Source: Lama glama (Eukaryota). From it: DNA of 64,000 bases. Shown in pieces: positions 1 through 13,459 of the stretch. The notes below the pieces were generated by a model that ran no database searches, was not told the DNA's origin, and worked only from the letters and a program-made list of their open reading frames with translations. The DNA lies in contig CM052816.1 of assembly GCA_028534125.1 (NCBI GenBank), forward strand, positions 40,426,001 to 40,490,000, written 5' to 3'. The translations under genes were made by a program, and so were the position numbers. Every line of letters begins with the position of its first letter. The first letter of the stretch is position 1.

Positions 1-314
1 TTTTTTTCCCAAGCTCTGCAGAAGATTGGTATGCGATTAATATTTGAGGCACAACGCATTTGTGGATGATGGAAGAGTAAAGTCAGAACCCATAGAGAAT
101 CTTTCTAATTTAAGTATATGCAAGTATGCGTAGAAAAGTGTGACAAGTTCTGATTTTAACAGGTCGTTTTAATAGACAATACAGTTCATTTTAGTGAATA
201 CAATAACAATAAATAAACCTAAATAAATAAACACTGTGACAGATTTTACTGGGGCACACACCAATTGTTATTAATTATTGTATAACTGACATAATGGTCA
301 GCATTGAAGCTGTT

Positions 315-400
315 AGAGCCTCAGTTCTCTCAGCTGCAAGATGAAATCTTAATAAGTAGAACTTGTTTCGTTGGACTATCATCATTACCGAAAACGTATG
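315..400 (+). mobile_element. MIR SINE core fragment
   Basis: GAGCCTCAGTTCTCTCAGCTGCAAGATG resembles the MIR core GCCTCAGTTTCCTCATCTGTAAAATG. Confidence 0.5.
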
Positions 401-1699
401 CAAAAACAATTTGAATAATAAAAATTTTTAAATGAGTATAAATAGGCATTGCTATTTTCTTTGGGATTTTAATTAAATGCACATGTGTATTTTACTTTTT
501 CTTTTTTTTTGCTTTAATGTTTTTCACACTGGAATTTACTGAAGGGTCATGAAAGAATTCTAGTCAATCAAGAAAACTGATGGCATAAAATATTACGTAC
601 AAATGCATTGGCACATATTTACAGATTCTTAAACACTAGGAGACTTTATCTCCTACATTTTATGATTTCTGTTAATCTATTTTTAAAAACATTTTGTAAT
701 CTTTATTAATTATAAATCTATGACTACTAAGTAAGTTATATACTACTATAAACTGGGTTATTTCAACAGAAATAATATATCTGGAAGACAAATTAAATTG
801 ATCTATGATTTTGTGGATCAATAGAAAATAAAATAAATCACTTTTCAAAATGTAGAACCTCTTCAGTAGTAAATAAAATAATTTATAATTTTTAAACTTA
901 TCAGTCAGCTAATAACGCTAGTCTCACTGTAAAGATGTCTTTATTGTATAAACATTTTTTCCTTTGTCTTTCCTATATGAGTATTCTCATTTCATATCTA
1001 GTTGACACTAAATATTTCAAATCTTAGGTTAAAGCATCATCAAAAATTGAACTGCAATAATTTAATAGACCCAAAAGAGATGTAAGTAAGCTCTTAGCAG
1101 TTTAAAAAGAGTGGACTTGTCACATAAGTAGCTATAGTAGAAGCTGCTCTGAGGCTGACCAAGGGAAAAGCAAAAGTGAAAAACAACAACATGAAACAGC
1201 ATTGAAATAGTTGTTAATAAAATAGCAAGTGGAGAAATAAAGAAGATATCCAGATTAGCAACAGAGGGTTAACTAAAAAAGTCATATGTATGAAGGGAGA
1301 AGGAACAGAATGTATTCAGTGTTTCAGGACCAGTGAAATAGACAGTGAAATGAAAGAACAGGGGGGTATAATTCAAACAGTTTTAAGAATACTAGAAGAT
1401 AGGGTGCAAGTACTGAATTAAGCAAATAGAGAATAAAAATGAAATAAAAAACAAAAAAAAATAAAAATAAAAACTGGCATCCACCATAAGAAGGGTACTA
1501 AGGAAATATAAATCACAAACCTAAAAATCTTCTGTTCAGTCCTGGTTAAAAATAAAGTGTATGTCACAAAGATATTTAATAAACAATGCAGAAAGATTCC
1601 TGTTTACATGAAGTGCTAGAGCTACTTTTTGCAACAGAAAGCCTTTATTCCCTTGTCGCTTTCATAATTTGCAAGAATTAATCTAGGGCTACCCATCAA

Positions 1700-1960
1700 T
1701 TTCACCTTCAAACCAATTGGATGGAGGGTGCCAGAGGAAAGGAGGAAGCTAGTTTCCATTTAAGGGTATGGTCCAGAAGTCATCCACATTCCTTTTAAAT
1801 ACATTTCATTGGCTAGAACTTAGTCACATGGCAACACCATGCTATGAGAGCGACTGCTACCTACAGTCTTTATTTCGGATAGCTATTTGCCTAGTTAATA
1901 TTAGAGGTCTTTATTAATATAGAAAAAAAGGAGAACAAAATATGGGCTAGATCTAGCAAA
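1700..1960 (-). mobile_element. MaLR LTR fragment (MLT1J/K-like)
   Basis: CATTGGCTAGAACTTAGTCACATGGCAACACC...GGAGAACAAAATATGGG matches the reverse strand of the MLT1J/K 5' half. Confidence 0.75.
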
Positions 1961-2789
1961 GGGTTTTAGGGGAGAGAATCCAGATCTCAATTAGCAAATG
2001 AGGAAAGTAATGTCTAAATAAGCTTTTCTTCTTCTAGCCATATTAGGGAATGGTAAAATCACCACTTGACCCTCAATTTGTTGCTTCTTTTCCTGTGGCT
2101 AATTTTATTTCTCATGAATTAAACTCAGTGCTGAGTAGTTTTGAGGTGCACATTTAGAATTGGAATAGTAAAATGTTTTTTTCATTGTAATTGATTACCA
2201 ATGTGAATATAACTTGTTACTTGAAATAGCCAGTTTGTATGTTTTTCTTTAATTCTAGAAAAATTTTTGAGTATTCTGAGACTAAACTCTTCCAGCATCA
2301 TGATATAATATACTTTATTAGGCTTTAAAAAATAGAACTTTTGATAATATATAAATTAATAAAGTATAAAAATTGATGCCTTCTAGATGAAAATACATGT
2401 TATGAAAAAAAGGTCTCAGTTTACTGGATACCTCATTTTTAATAGTCAAATACATGACATTGAAAAGGAATATTTTATAAAGTTTCATATTTGCTACACA
2501 CACACACATTTTTAAAAAATTTATTCCTCTATGTTACACCATTATATCAAAAGCATGTCCCAACTTTACTCAGTTTTACTTTACTTAATTTGGGCAATGG
2601 GATGAGCATTTCTGCTTAAGAGCTAGAAAAGAACCTTACTCCTCACTGTTTTTCTGTAGAGTTTTATAAGAAAAAATGCTGTGGGAAAGAATTCTCCTGG
2701 TTTGTTTATTGTGCTGCTTGGAGCATGGCAAAACCTAATCAGAGATGGAACTGTCCATCTGGAGTGGATTAAATAGTTGAAGAACTTTG

Positions 2790-2858
2790 CTCAATTTATA
2801 TTTACAGTTTTTTGAATGTCGACCATACCTCAATAAAGTGGTAAAAAGAAAAAAAAGA
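2790..2858 (+). mobile_element. Short L1M 3' terminus with A tail
   Basis: ATGTCGACCATACCTCAATAAAGTGGTAAAAAGAAAAAAA resembles the L1M 3' end (TATACCTCAATAAAG + poly-A). Confidence 0.5.
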
Positions 2859-4171
2859 AGCAACAATCTTATTCTGAAAGGATTCTGAATGTCCCTTGAA
2901 CAAAATATACCTCTTTCGGTACTTTTCCCCCCTCTATTGTATTTACCTAGTCCTTCAGCTCAACTGGTAAAGTCTACTTTCCTTCATGGCTTAAAAAAAA
3001 AAAGTACAGATGCCACAGACCTACCATAGGATTTACAAAATCTACTGTTAGTGATTTATATTTTTGTTTTTAAGACTCATTTCTTAGATTAAGGCTACTA
3101 TTTCAGTATATCACTGCAAAAAGGAAACTATAGTCCATGTTGTACAAAAGATAATTGAGTGATTAATAGAAAATAATATCTTAGCACAAATATTATATCA
3201 ATTCTCATAGAAGAAGACCAAATATTTACAGAGGGAAATGGAGTTCAGAAAGATTCATGTATAGTGGTGCATAATCCAGGGAAGGAAATCCTGTGTGAGC
3301 TGGCACAGTGTTATCTTGGGCAATTACTGGGAGCCAGAGTTGTTGACAGAATGACACTGAAGGAGACATATAGAATTCTATGGAAAGCTTTTGTATAGAA
3401 TGTTTCCATATAGTAGACATAAAATGCGTATTTCTTTCTTCCTTTTGCTTAAACTAAAACAACAGATGAATTTTTCTGTAGATCCATGTGAGCCCAAACT
3501 CTGACCCGTAGATCATAAATCCGAACTCAAGTGAAGAATACATGTTTTTAAATTATGTGATTCTTAATGGACAGATAAGGTAACACTGGATTTCTGGGGT
3601 TATATAAAGTAAAATGGAATATATAGATTTACCTCAGCATGTTTATTAAGCATATGAAGTGAAAAAACAAACCCTCTTTAAATAATTTCCTACCTACTAA
3701 AAGACTGGATTTGATAATGCTGAAGATCCTGTGAATTCTCTATCATAAATTTAGCTCTATATCTTGTGAAAACTATTTTTATTTAGAAGGTTATTGAACT
3801 TGTTTCCTTATTTTTTAAAATGAACTTTCAGCAACTAACCTTAGATCCTTCCACCTTTAAAATATTTTTTTTTAAATTTGGGAAAATAGTATTAAAATAA
3901 AATGTTAATTTTCTCTTTATTTTGTAGGCTTTCTGTAAAACTGTCTTCATAAGACAAAAATAATGATTGAAAGTTACATTTCTATAGGATGCTGCCAATA
4001 AGACATATTTGAGTTAATTTCAGGAAAATGTATGAAATGTGGTAAAAAGGAAAAATCTGTTCTTTGGGGACCACATTGCTCAATAAAAGGAAAATAATTT
4101 GAGCTATGGAGGCCAAAATTCAAATCTTGAAGTTTCCAAATTTCTTCTTTGCAAGGAACTGAAGTAGGATA

Positions 4172-4375
4172 TAATACAGCAAAGCGGTCAGAGTGGGCCC
4201 TGGAGCCAACTACCTACACTTAAATCCATGTCTTTATTTTGGACCATCAGCAAGTTTGTTTAACTTCTTTGCACATGAGTTCCCTCATGTGTAAATGGGA
4301 ATTAGGAGGATGAATGTTGAGATGACTCTGTGTGTGGTTCTTAGAAGGATGCCTAACACTTAGAATTTACGGCTA
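4172..4375 (+). mobile_element. MIR SINE
   Basis: TGGAGCCAACTACCT, GCAAGTTTGTTTAACTTCTTTG, CCTCATGTGTAAATGGGA and CTTAGAAGGATGCCTAACAC occur in MIR order. Confidence 0.8.
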
Positions 4376-4644
4376 TCTTTGTTTGTTTCTAATCGTTGAA
4401 CTATTTATGTTTTAAAGTAGTAAACATATAACATTCAAAAGAAATGCTGAACTATCGTGGCAGTGTTGTGAGACTAGTTAGTTAGGGTCTTTCTTTTTAG
4501 GTGGGATTTCTAAAACTATTTAAGAAGTATAAAACCTCTTTTATATTAGAAATCCCATTGTGCTAATATTGGAAGACAGGAGACAAAAAAAAATCAGGTT
4601 TTATCATATATTCTTTAAAATGAAATGGTTAGTTTTCAAAAGTC

Positions 4645-4830
4645 TGAAGAGACCAGGAGTTGAGGCCCTGACCCTGGGGAAATCAACACATGTGCAGGAG
4701 GTCATCTGAGGGGGAGAGAGCATCAGCAAACTCGGAGCGCACAAGACCCCAGGGGAGGAGCTGGCCCGTGAGAGGCCCTCTCTGGAAGGTGATCACCAAG
4801 GTGCTTTAGTGTCAGTTGTGCCCGATGTTC
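4645..4830 (-). mobile_element. L2 LINE fragment
   Basis: GAGGCCCTGACCCTGGGGAAATCAACAC...GAGGTCA...CAGCAAA resembles the purine-rich antisense L2 ORF2 segment. Confidence 0.55.
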
Positions 4831-5349
4831 AGTTTAACCTTTTATTGTGAACTGTACTCTACTTATCGTTGATCATCTTTAACTTTTGGAAAAGACTGCT
4901 AGATAGTCTTATGTTTGTTGAAATTTGAGGAAAAAGGACAGACTGTTCTATCCTATTCCACACCCTCTGCTCTGCTCTTAAGATGATATGGTGAGGCAGG
5001 GGGATAAGAAAGAAGACGACCTTTACCTAGTTGAGATTTGGGCCAAACACAAGTCAGAATGAGAACTGGTAGACAGCCATTAGACATTTAAATCGTCCCA
5101 CCACCCTCCCCAACCACCAGATTCTACCTGGAAATCAAGAGAAATATTTGGACGGTTGCTGAAGACTCAGGTATTTTATAATGTTAATAAAGAAGAAGTT
5201 AATTATGGACACAAAGGACATACAAGATCTTACAGGAGGTATATTAAAATCCTACCAAAAATGCAGTATATTCTATAAAACCAACTACTTCCAATGCCGT
5301 ATCTTGAATACATCTATTCTATTAAATACAAGCATCACAAAAGCAGGTT

Positions 5350-5435
5350 TTCTCAATTTTTACTGCTACAGCCCTAATCGTGGATCACTGCCTGACACAA
5401 AGCAGGTGCTCAACACTGTAAGTGAGTGAATGGAG
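5350..5435 (+). mobile_element. L2 3' end
   Basis: CACTGCCTGACACAAAGCAGGTGCTCAACAC...GAGTGAATGG is the typical L2 terminus. Confidence 0.7.
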
Positions 5436-7939
5436 ACTTTATAATCTGCAAGTAATAAATTTCTCTTTGTAATTTGTTAAGATGTTTTTGATAACTTAAT
5501 AGGAATTTATGCTGCAGCACTTAAATGTTTTTCAAATATATTTTAAACACATTTTTCAGCATGATAATTTTTCAGTTTGTATTTCAGAAAGTACAGAGCT
5601 ACCTCTCTTAGCATAAGTTCTTACTTTTTAAAAACTGCATGTTATCAAAATCACGTCAAAAGTTGAAAGAAGATAGATTTTAAAGAACATGTACAAAGAT
5701 TTTTTGGTAAAGAATATTTCATAAAGCAAACAATTGAATTTTCTTTTTACGTTTTTTGCCCAACACTTAGATTTTATCATAGTCTTTAAAATGATGGTTT
5801 GCATTTTTCTTTTCTCTCTGAAGACTGATGTTTCTGTCATAGTTAACTAGGCAGAAATTTAAGAACTTCATCAGAAAAAGAACTACATAAAAGAATGCTT
5901 TTCGGGGAAATGGGGCTGTGTTTTTCTTAGGATCCCAGCCAGGATTAGTTAACATAAAGGAAATGAGACAATATTTCTGTTGTTCACACATACCACATTT
6001 GCCACCAGCAGTGAAGTAAAGCTTCATATTGGCAACAGCAGACTTTGGCCTGGCATTTCCAGCCCTGATGCTCTCAGCTGCATGGTACAGCCCCCAAAGA
6101 AATGAGCAGCTATTGTTGCCTATTGCCAAGACCAGAATTTTGAACCGTAACCAGGAAGAAGTATTTTCCCCATTTATATGCACACTGATAATTAGGCTCA
6201 AGGAAATGAAGTGCATAGAATGGAAATTGAGATTTTGTTTTTGAACGTGAACTTGTTTGATACCAGCTTCCACTCTTCTGACAGATGGATTCTTTTAGGC
6301 AGATGATTATGCAAACTGCTCCTTTCATGCTTGTCTACATGAAATGTATTCTATAAACACACTGAAGCATCATGCTCCTCTGAGTCCTCAGTGCTTGGGA
6401 ATGTATTAGCACCATGATTATTGGATGACAGGACTGAAAAGTGTCTGAGAATAGTAGGTGGGGGAATACTTGTGTGATTGCTTTGGTTCTGTCAGGGGCC
6501 CTGGTGGATAATAATGTGGTTTCCTTGAAATTTTAAAAAGAAAAGAAATGAACTCTCAGATAATAGAGGAAAATCCAAACAAGCAAATTGTAACTAGTTT
6601 TTAATAAGTGTTTTAACAGATGCTAGAAAAGTAATGCATTTGGAAAGCAGTGCTCAGGCAAATTTAAAATGCATGTCAGGCACTCACAGGAGTATCCTGC
6701 CTCTCGTGATCTAATTATCAGGGTCATGTTTTCCAATGTTCAGCAGTTTTGTAATGATTGTTCCAGTATTTTGACTACCGAGAGACCTCCCTCTTTGTAT
6801 TTATGCAATCAAGGATGTAGAACGTGACATAGTACTTTTGCAACCCAAATTTTAGTGGAAGTTTACCTGAGGAACTCCTCCTCCTCCTCCTCACACAAAC
6901 ACACAAATCCATATTTTAGGAGGGAAAACCAGATCGCTTCACTTGAACCATGAGTATCTTGTGTTAACCAAACAGTTCTGGGTGTCTCTTGGGCAGTCTA
7001 AGAGTGCTAGATCACACATTCACTGGGCCATTGGGATACCAACTCATGCTCTGGTCTGCACCTTCTCTAAAATCCTGAAGGTTAGTCTCCTTGAGGGCAT
7101 TGTTAGAACTTTAATATTTCTCTCTTATTAACTGACATTTTGTGGGATTTTGTAGAAGATAAAGGGGAATGGAATGAAGATGAAAGAGTTCCTGGTGTCC
7201 ATTCAATAATGATTTGGTAAAGACATATAGGACACTAAGGGGAAGAAGAGTAAAGGACTATGTCCTCTGGATTTCACACGCATGATTTGCTGTTTGAAAA
7301 TTACATTTTTTTTCTTGAAATAGACTATAACCTTTCCTCTTTTGCTAATTAAAGCCATACATCACAAAAGGATGACGCATGATTATAGATGTTTCTGAGG
7401 AAGTGTGGTGCTGACAGCAAGAGTGCATTGAATTATGTGGAAAAGAGTGGAAGAAAGCATGTGTGTTTGAGAATGTGTGTGTGTAAAACTATCATCTAAC
7501 TCAAAATGTTGTGTGAAACCAGCTCCCATGCAAATCAAATAGAGAGGCAGCCCATCCATGAGAGATACTCAAAGTGTACAACTGTAGCCACATTTGGACT
7601 CTTGTGATTAAATTAGGCATTTTTATATTTCTGACTGATCACTACACATTTAAGCAGGCCAATTCAAATTGCTTTGGTTTGTGATAACTAAACCAGCGTT
7701 ACAGCTATCTGTGTATTTGGATTGTAGTTGTAAAACATCATTGTTATAGGCCAGCTACTGAAATCTAATTCAGTTAGAATCTAGTTTCTTAATTTGATGG
7801 ATCCACATTTGAGAGACAATGAGAAAAGCATTTAGGGATATAAAGAATAAATTTACAAGCTTTTAGTATTCTTTACCTCTGTTACTACATAATCAGATTA
7901 CCTTTGATAGTCAAATTAATCGAATAGAGTTAGTAATTA

Positions 7940-8235
7940 TTTTATTTGATAAATATATATTGAAGTATTGCTTTGGGTGAAAGAGATATAACAAAGAACA
8001 AGGCAAAAAAATTCCTTATTTTATGTAACTTGTATTCTAGTTTGAGTGGAAGTGGATATATACACTTAAAGAAAAAAGAATTAAAGGATAGTGTGATTGG
8101 TTTGAGAGAATAAAGATACCTAAGATTGGAAATACATTTCTTCCAATATAGCATTTAAGTGAGTACCAAATGCTGAACATAAACTAACCCTGCAAAGATT
8201 TGTGTGAAGAGAATTGCACATAGAGGAAACAGAAA
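7940..8235 (-). mobile_element. L2 3' region
   Basis: TTATTTGATAAATATATATTGA, GAGATATAACAAAGAACAAGGCA and CTTGTATTCTAGT are antisense L2 3' motifs. Confidence 0.6.
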
Positions 8236-8257
8236 CACTCTACTGTGAGAGTACTCT

Positions 8258-9172
8258 GGAGTTCTGATTGTTCCTATGTAATAAACAATGCCAAATCTTA
8301 ATGGCTTGAAATATGGATTTTACTTTGCTCATGGCTTTGTGGGTGAAGAATACAAGAAGGGCTCTGTACTGTGCACACCTCTGTTTTATGTGCTGTCACC
8401 TGGGGTGACTCAATAGAGCTGGAAGATATATTCACATCTGATAGACTGGTGCTGGTTGATAGCTAGGAGCTTAGCTGGGGCTGTTGACTTGGGGCCTCAG
8501 TTCTTTCTCATGTGGATCCCTCCAGGGCTTGCTTCGGCTTCCTCACAGCATGATGGCTGACATCTATGAGTGAATGTCCTGAGAGGTATGAGGTGGAAGT
8601 GTCCGGTCTCTTAATGTGTCACTTCTGCCATACTCAAAGTAGTCATAGAGCCACAGACTCAGGAAAAGTGATAAAGACTACACCTGTTAAAAGGAGAAAT
8701 GTGAAGAATTTATGACCATCTTCGATCTGTCACAGTTAGTCTTCTGTCCAAAAATTAATTACATTACACCTATATATAAAATACACTGACTCCCTCCCCT
8801 AAACCCAAAAGTTTTATCCCAGTACAGCATCAGGTTCAAGACAGGATCCAGGATTTCATATTCTAAATCAGGGTTAGGTACTGAGAAGGCTCCTCACATG
8901 TAGTAGCAAGTTGCTGCTGACTGCCAGCTGGGAGCTCAGCCAGGCTAGTCCTCTCCATGAGGCAGCTTTGGCTTTCTCACAGCATGGTGGCTGACTTCCA
9001 AGAGTGAGTGTTCCAAGAAACATGAAGTGGAAGCTGCCAGTCTCTAAAGGCCTGGAGCAGAAACTGGCACAGCAAAACTTTCAGTATATTCTGTTAGTCA
9101 AAGCAGTCACAGAGCCTACTAACTTTGATGGGAGGAGCATCAAGGAATTTGTGGCTTTCTTTAATTTGCCTA
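8258..9172 (-). mobile_element. Internally deleted MaLR element (MLT1H-like): LTR ~8258-8734, internal remnant ~8735-8904, partial second LTR ~8905-9172
   Basis: Two similar LTR segments (GGAGCTTAGCTGGGGCT...CTCACAGCATGATGGCTGAC and GGAGCTCAGCCAGGCT...CTCACAGCATGGTGGCTGAC) flank an MLT1-int-like stretch (AAAATACACTGACTCCCTCCC...CAGCATCAGG). Confidence 0.75.
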
Positions 9173-10074
9173 TGTGGTATTCCCAAAGGGTAGAAAGATG
9201 AATATTCCATACTGTCCTTGGTGTACTTCTAATTTAAAATTAAATCCTTTTAAGATCTCAGAAAATGTAGATAGTGTTCTAAATGGTATCTTTGAGTACA
9301 TACTGAAAGATATCTCTGGAAGCTATAAAATCAATTTAAGACTATAATAAGTCAATCTGCATGTCAGCCAACCTAATGGACACAGAGGTCTGTCTTTTAG
9401 AGTATAAAAAGAGAAGAGCAAGTGCATTAACCTCAAGTAGTCAGGAGCAGGAGGGACAACAGAGCAAATAAAACGTCAGTACTGAACTGAGAGCTGAAAT
9501 TAGAGGGAATTAGCTTAAAGGTTCGTTGGATGGATGGTGAGGCTAAAAATTACAGGTTGGAGGTCAAGTTCAACTGGGACACAACAGGAAGTAGAACAAG
9601 GTGGGGGACAAGAAGGGAACTCTTGTTCATTGTCATAAGCAGGACTGTGATGCTAGCTTCTAAGACTAATGCCTCCTAGTTCCACTATGAATATTTCGTT
9701 AGAACTTTTTTTAAGGTACGTGGTCAGGGCCAAAAGAAACAAGAAATGATTTTCTTTCTCTGGACACTGAAAGTAGATAATTATATATTGCTTGCAGTAA
9801 AACATTTCTTCACGTATCATGTGGAAAAGGTAGATTACCAAAGTCCAAAGGATTTACTTGTAGTTTTTGGGATACAGTGAGGAACTTGGTATGTTGAAGG
9901 AGTCTCCTTAAACTTTGCTTGTGAGATCTCCCTGATTGTTTTCTTGCACACAGAAGTATAAGACTGGAAAGAATAAATACAAGCACCAAACACAATGAAT
10001 AGAGCAATCTATTTTGAAAATGGATGTGACCAAGATTATTATAATTCGTCTCTTTTGCAACAGCGGAAAAGTAT

Positions 10075-10315
10075 CTACTTGGCTCTAACTCCTACTCATC
10101 CTTCAAGACAACTACTTTTCTTTCCTTTAGAAAACTTTCCTTGGAGTTCTTCCCATTTCTTCTAATCTGAGTTAGAGATTTTCTATGTTCCTTTAATCAC
10201 TCTATGTCTAATATTATACCTTTCATACTGTACATAAGAGCTACACTTAATTGTTCATTGTTTTTTCCCACTGCTATGAAGATGTGAATATAATTGCTGT
10301 TTCTTGCTGTCATAG
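10075..10315 (+). mobile_element. L2 fragment
   Basis: AACTCCTACTCATCCTTCAAGAC is an L2 3' motif. Confidence 0.55.
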
Positions 10316-10317
10316 TA

Positions 10318-10532
10318 CTGCTCTGACTAATATGGTAGCCATTAAACACATCTGGCTACTATTGGATTTATATATAAAGTGCTTAAACTTACATTAAATT
10401 AAAATTCAGTTCCTCAGCTGCCCCGGCCACATTTCTGGTGCACAATAGGTAACTGTGGCTAGTGACTACCACATTGGAACTTCTAGATATAGAAAATGCC
10501 CATATTCATAACAATTCTATTGGAGTGTGCTG
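10318..10532 (-). mobile_element. MER3-like hAT-Charlie MITE
   Basis: AATATGGTAGCCA, AAAATTCAGTTCCTCAG, GCCACATTTC, GTGGCTAGTGACTACCACATTGGA and TTCTATTGGAGTGTGCTG follow the reverse complement of MER3. Confidence 0.85.
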
Positions 10533-12584
10533 TTCAAGATTTTTAATAATTTTTATGGAATAAAGGAAAGATGTCCATGCCTCAACACTGTTACAGTGTT
10601 TTGGCTTCATGTGGGAAATTGTACAAATATACACAAATATTGTATACATATATTAAACTTTGGTTTTCTTGGCATGGCATTGATAGCTGTTCATGAAATA
10701 TAAATTAAAACTTTGGCATACTAAATAGAAGCATTTTAATTCACAGAGATGGTTGATGACCACATATAAATGTAAATTCTATTTGCTCCTAAAATTATTT
10801 GGACAGTCTGGCTTTGTTAGTTTCTGAGATAAACTCTTAAACTCTTTAATGGGCCATGTTGGGGACCCATACTGAGGAAAATGGAGTAGATAAGAGGGTA
10901 TATCTGTGTAAATCATCATTGCAAACATGACCTTCAGTCACATTGAAACGTGCCTCGATATTTATTTATAAAAATTAGATTAAGGTGTAGAATGCTTTCA
11001 AGAAGCAATCAGAGAGACATTGATGTAATGAAAACTGTTCAGAGTTACAAAAGTGCTTTCAGACACAAAAGAATCTAACTCATATTAAGCAGACATAAGA
11101 ATCAGCAACTAAGTGAAAGAATTTTCTAATGGTCTCATTTTTAGCTGTTTGGAAAATTACAGAAATGCTCTTATAAGTAGTTGTTCTCTTCATTGACCCA
11201 CATAAATAAGATAATAATGATAAAACAGTTGAAAGAGTGTGCTCATTAGTCCTTAGTGCGGCCTGTGCTCTTGCTCAATGACTGTCCAGATTTATGCATT
11301 TTGCTTTTTCAGCTGGAAAAGTATCCCCCCGGCCCTCATTCTAAATGAAAAGTAGAGAGAAAACCCCTTTGGAAAATATGAGAGAAAGAAAATTAAATAT
11401 TGACTGAAGAGGAAAATTTCTAATTGGATGGGAAAAGTTAATTCATTGTAGAATAGAAAATGAGACCATATCAGATACATGAGCATTTACTTGTTGTATT
11501 TTTCCATTATGAATTCCTATGTATGGTGGGCAAATGTTTCATTTTCCCTATATAAGTGTTCCTTTATTGCATGCATTCTCATCTTCACTATTATTTTATA
11601 AATAGACTGAAGAGAGCATATTCCTGGTTAAATACATACAAAGCAACTGTCTCTAATTGTAGTAATTATGCAAGCAGAGTTTATTGCCTTTGCTTACATT
11701 TGACTGACATTTATATGTTCAAATCTTTATTTTACATTATGTATTCTTAACCCTTATTGATTTTTAATTTCACATTTCATAGCCTGACTCTGTGCAATGC
11801 TCTTTCTTATCTATCCCTTATAAACTTTAGGCCCTCTCTCCTGAGCTACAAAGTAGTCTTTAGCTGTAATCAAGTTTTTTATTCCTTGCTAACATGATCT
11901 GATGTGAGTATTTGGGCGCAGGAATAATAATCTGAAGAACTTCCACTGTAGAGGGAAAAAAAGATATTCATGTGCTGTAGTTTATCCTAACATAAAATCT
12001 AAGTCTTATCATTTGGTAACAAGAATATACACAATGGGAATAAAAAAAGGAGTTTTTGTTCTTTGTACATGTCAAATGCACATATCAGAATTTTATATGT
12101 TAAAAAATTAATCAAAGCGAGCATTATTAAGATCTGTAATATAGTCACTATTTTTAATCAATTTGAATGATTACTTATATAATATACTCCATTATTAGTT
12201 CTAGAATTTTGAAATTTGATCTGATTTTTTTTCCTTCCTACTAATTGCTATAGGCTGAATTAGATTCTGCATTTATCATATGTGTCATAAAAAATTTAAT
12301 TGGTTTTAGCCATCGAATCAGATTTTAAACATAGATGGAATGAATTTACCATAAAACCCTCTTGGCTATAGCAGTAGTTTTCCTCTGCTTGCTGGCCTCA
12401 TCAAAAAATTTTCAAGGTCATTTTCTATTACAGCAAATTTGGAAGCACAGGTAATTGGACATTTGGATGGTGAACAGTTACTTTTTTGAAACTACAGAAG
12501 GCTTTTTTACTGGAGATGGATCCTATGATGTTGTCAGTATTTGAGAACAGTAGAGTAGCTCTTGAATTTATTTTCAGACTACAG

Positions 12585-13000
12585 TTTCAATGACCTTTCT
12601 GAAGCCCAAATAAAATATGAGCATATCACTACTCTACTTGAAAACTTTCAAGGATTCCTAGAACCCCCAGAATAAAGTCCAGATTCCACAGTATAGTTTA
12701 CAAGTTTAAGTATGTTCCCTAATTATTTCTGCAACCAGTTATTCCACCATTCCCTGCCTCTTATTCACCGTTCAGTCCACAGTAAGCAACTTGTACCATA
12801 CTGGTTCGTTCTTAGGCCTTTGCATGTATGCGTTTCCCACTGCCTTAACAACTCACCCACCATGTTCTCTCCCCATCCCCAAGCATGCACCTGGCTTCTG
12901 TTCTTTTATTTGATTTTCAGATATTTTCTCAACCTTTTTTATTCCTCTGTGTGGAACTCTCTAACGACTCTCCTCTGTACATGACTAAATAACTAGAATT
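12585..13000 (+). mobile_element. L2 fragment (3' end probably resumes after the ERVL at ~14945-15060)
   Basis: ATCACTACTCTACTTGAAAACTTTCAAGG, AGAATAAAGTCCAGATTCC and GGCCTTTGCATGTATGCGTTTCCCACTGCC are L2 3' motifs. Confidence 0.75.
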
Positions 13001-13459
13001 GCCTCTTTATGAACCTGGAATGTGTAAAGAGGAAGGAAAGGGGAATTTTTAATCAAAATTAAAAATAAAAATCTATCTTTATTGCATTTAGATAATCTTC
13101 GATTCCTGCCAAATAATTTAATCATGAGCTATCTATGAGGAACTCTTCCTTTTATCTCCTCAAATACTCGATGTTTTCTGTTAAGGAAGCTGTTGTCACA
13201 TTATATTTGTGGCAGATAGAGAGACATACTGTCCACATCTTCTTCAAAAAAGGACTTGCTGTCAGGCTTCAAGGTGTGTGGTCAGCACACAGCCTCCATT
13301 TGTGAGCTTCTTCAAGATATGCCTTAGTTGCAGAAAGTCATCTTGCCTGAGATCACACCTTTTCAGTGTCAGCCTACCTGGTGACTAATTCAGATATGGC
13401 TGTAAGGGCCCAGCCATTTATTCAGATAACTGTGCACCAAGGAAAGGGAATAATCAAAT

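Noticed and set aside
3231..3398. Open plus frame EGNGVQKDSC...LWKAFV after a TTTACAG acceptor-like site
   Set aside because: Weak polypyrimidine tract, no recognisable homology and no partner exons.
3504..3533. ACCCGTAGATC...CCGAACT resembling mature miR-100/miR-99
   Set aside because: The match is interrupted by about 7 extra bases and I see no complementary 3p arm or precursor hairpin.
4645..4830. GC-richer patch as a possible CpG island or promoter
   Set aside because: Only a few CpGs, and it is explained by antisense L2.
5767..6273. 168-aa minus-strand ORF as a protein-coding gene
   Set aside because: Non-ATG start, no recognisable domain, AT-rich tail and no supporting exon structure.
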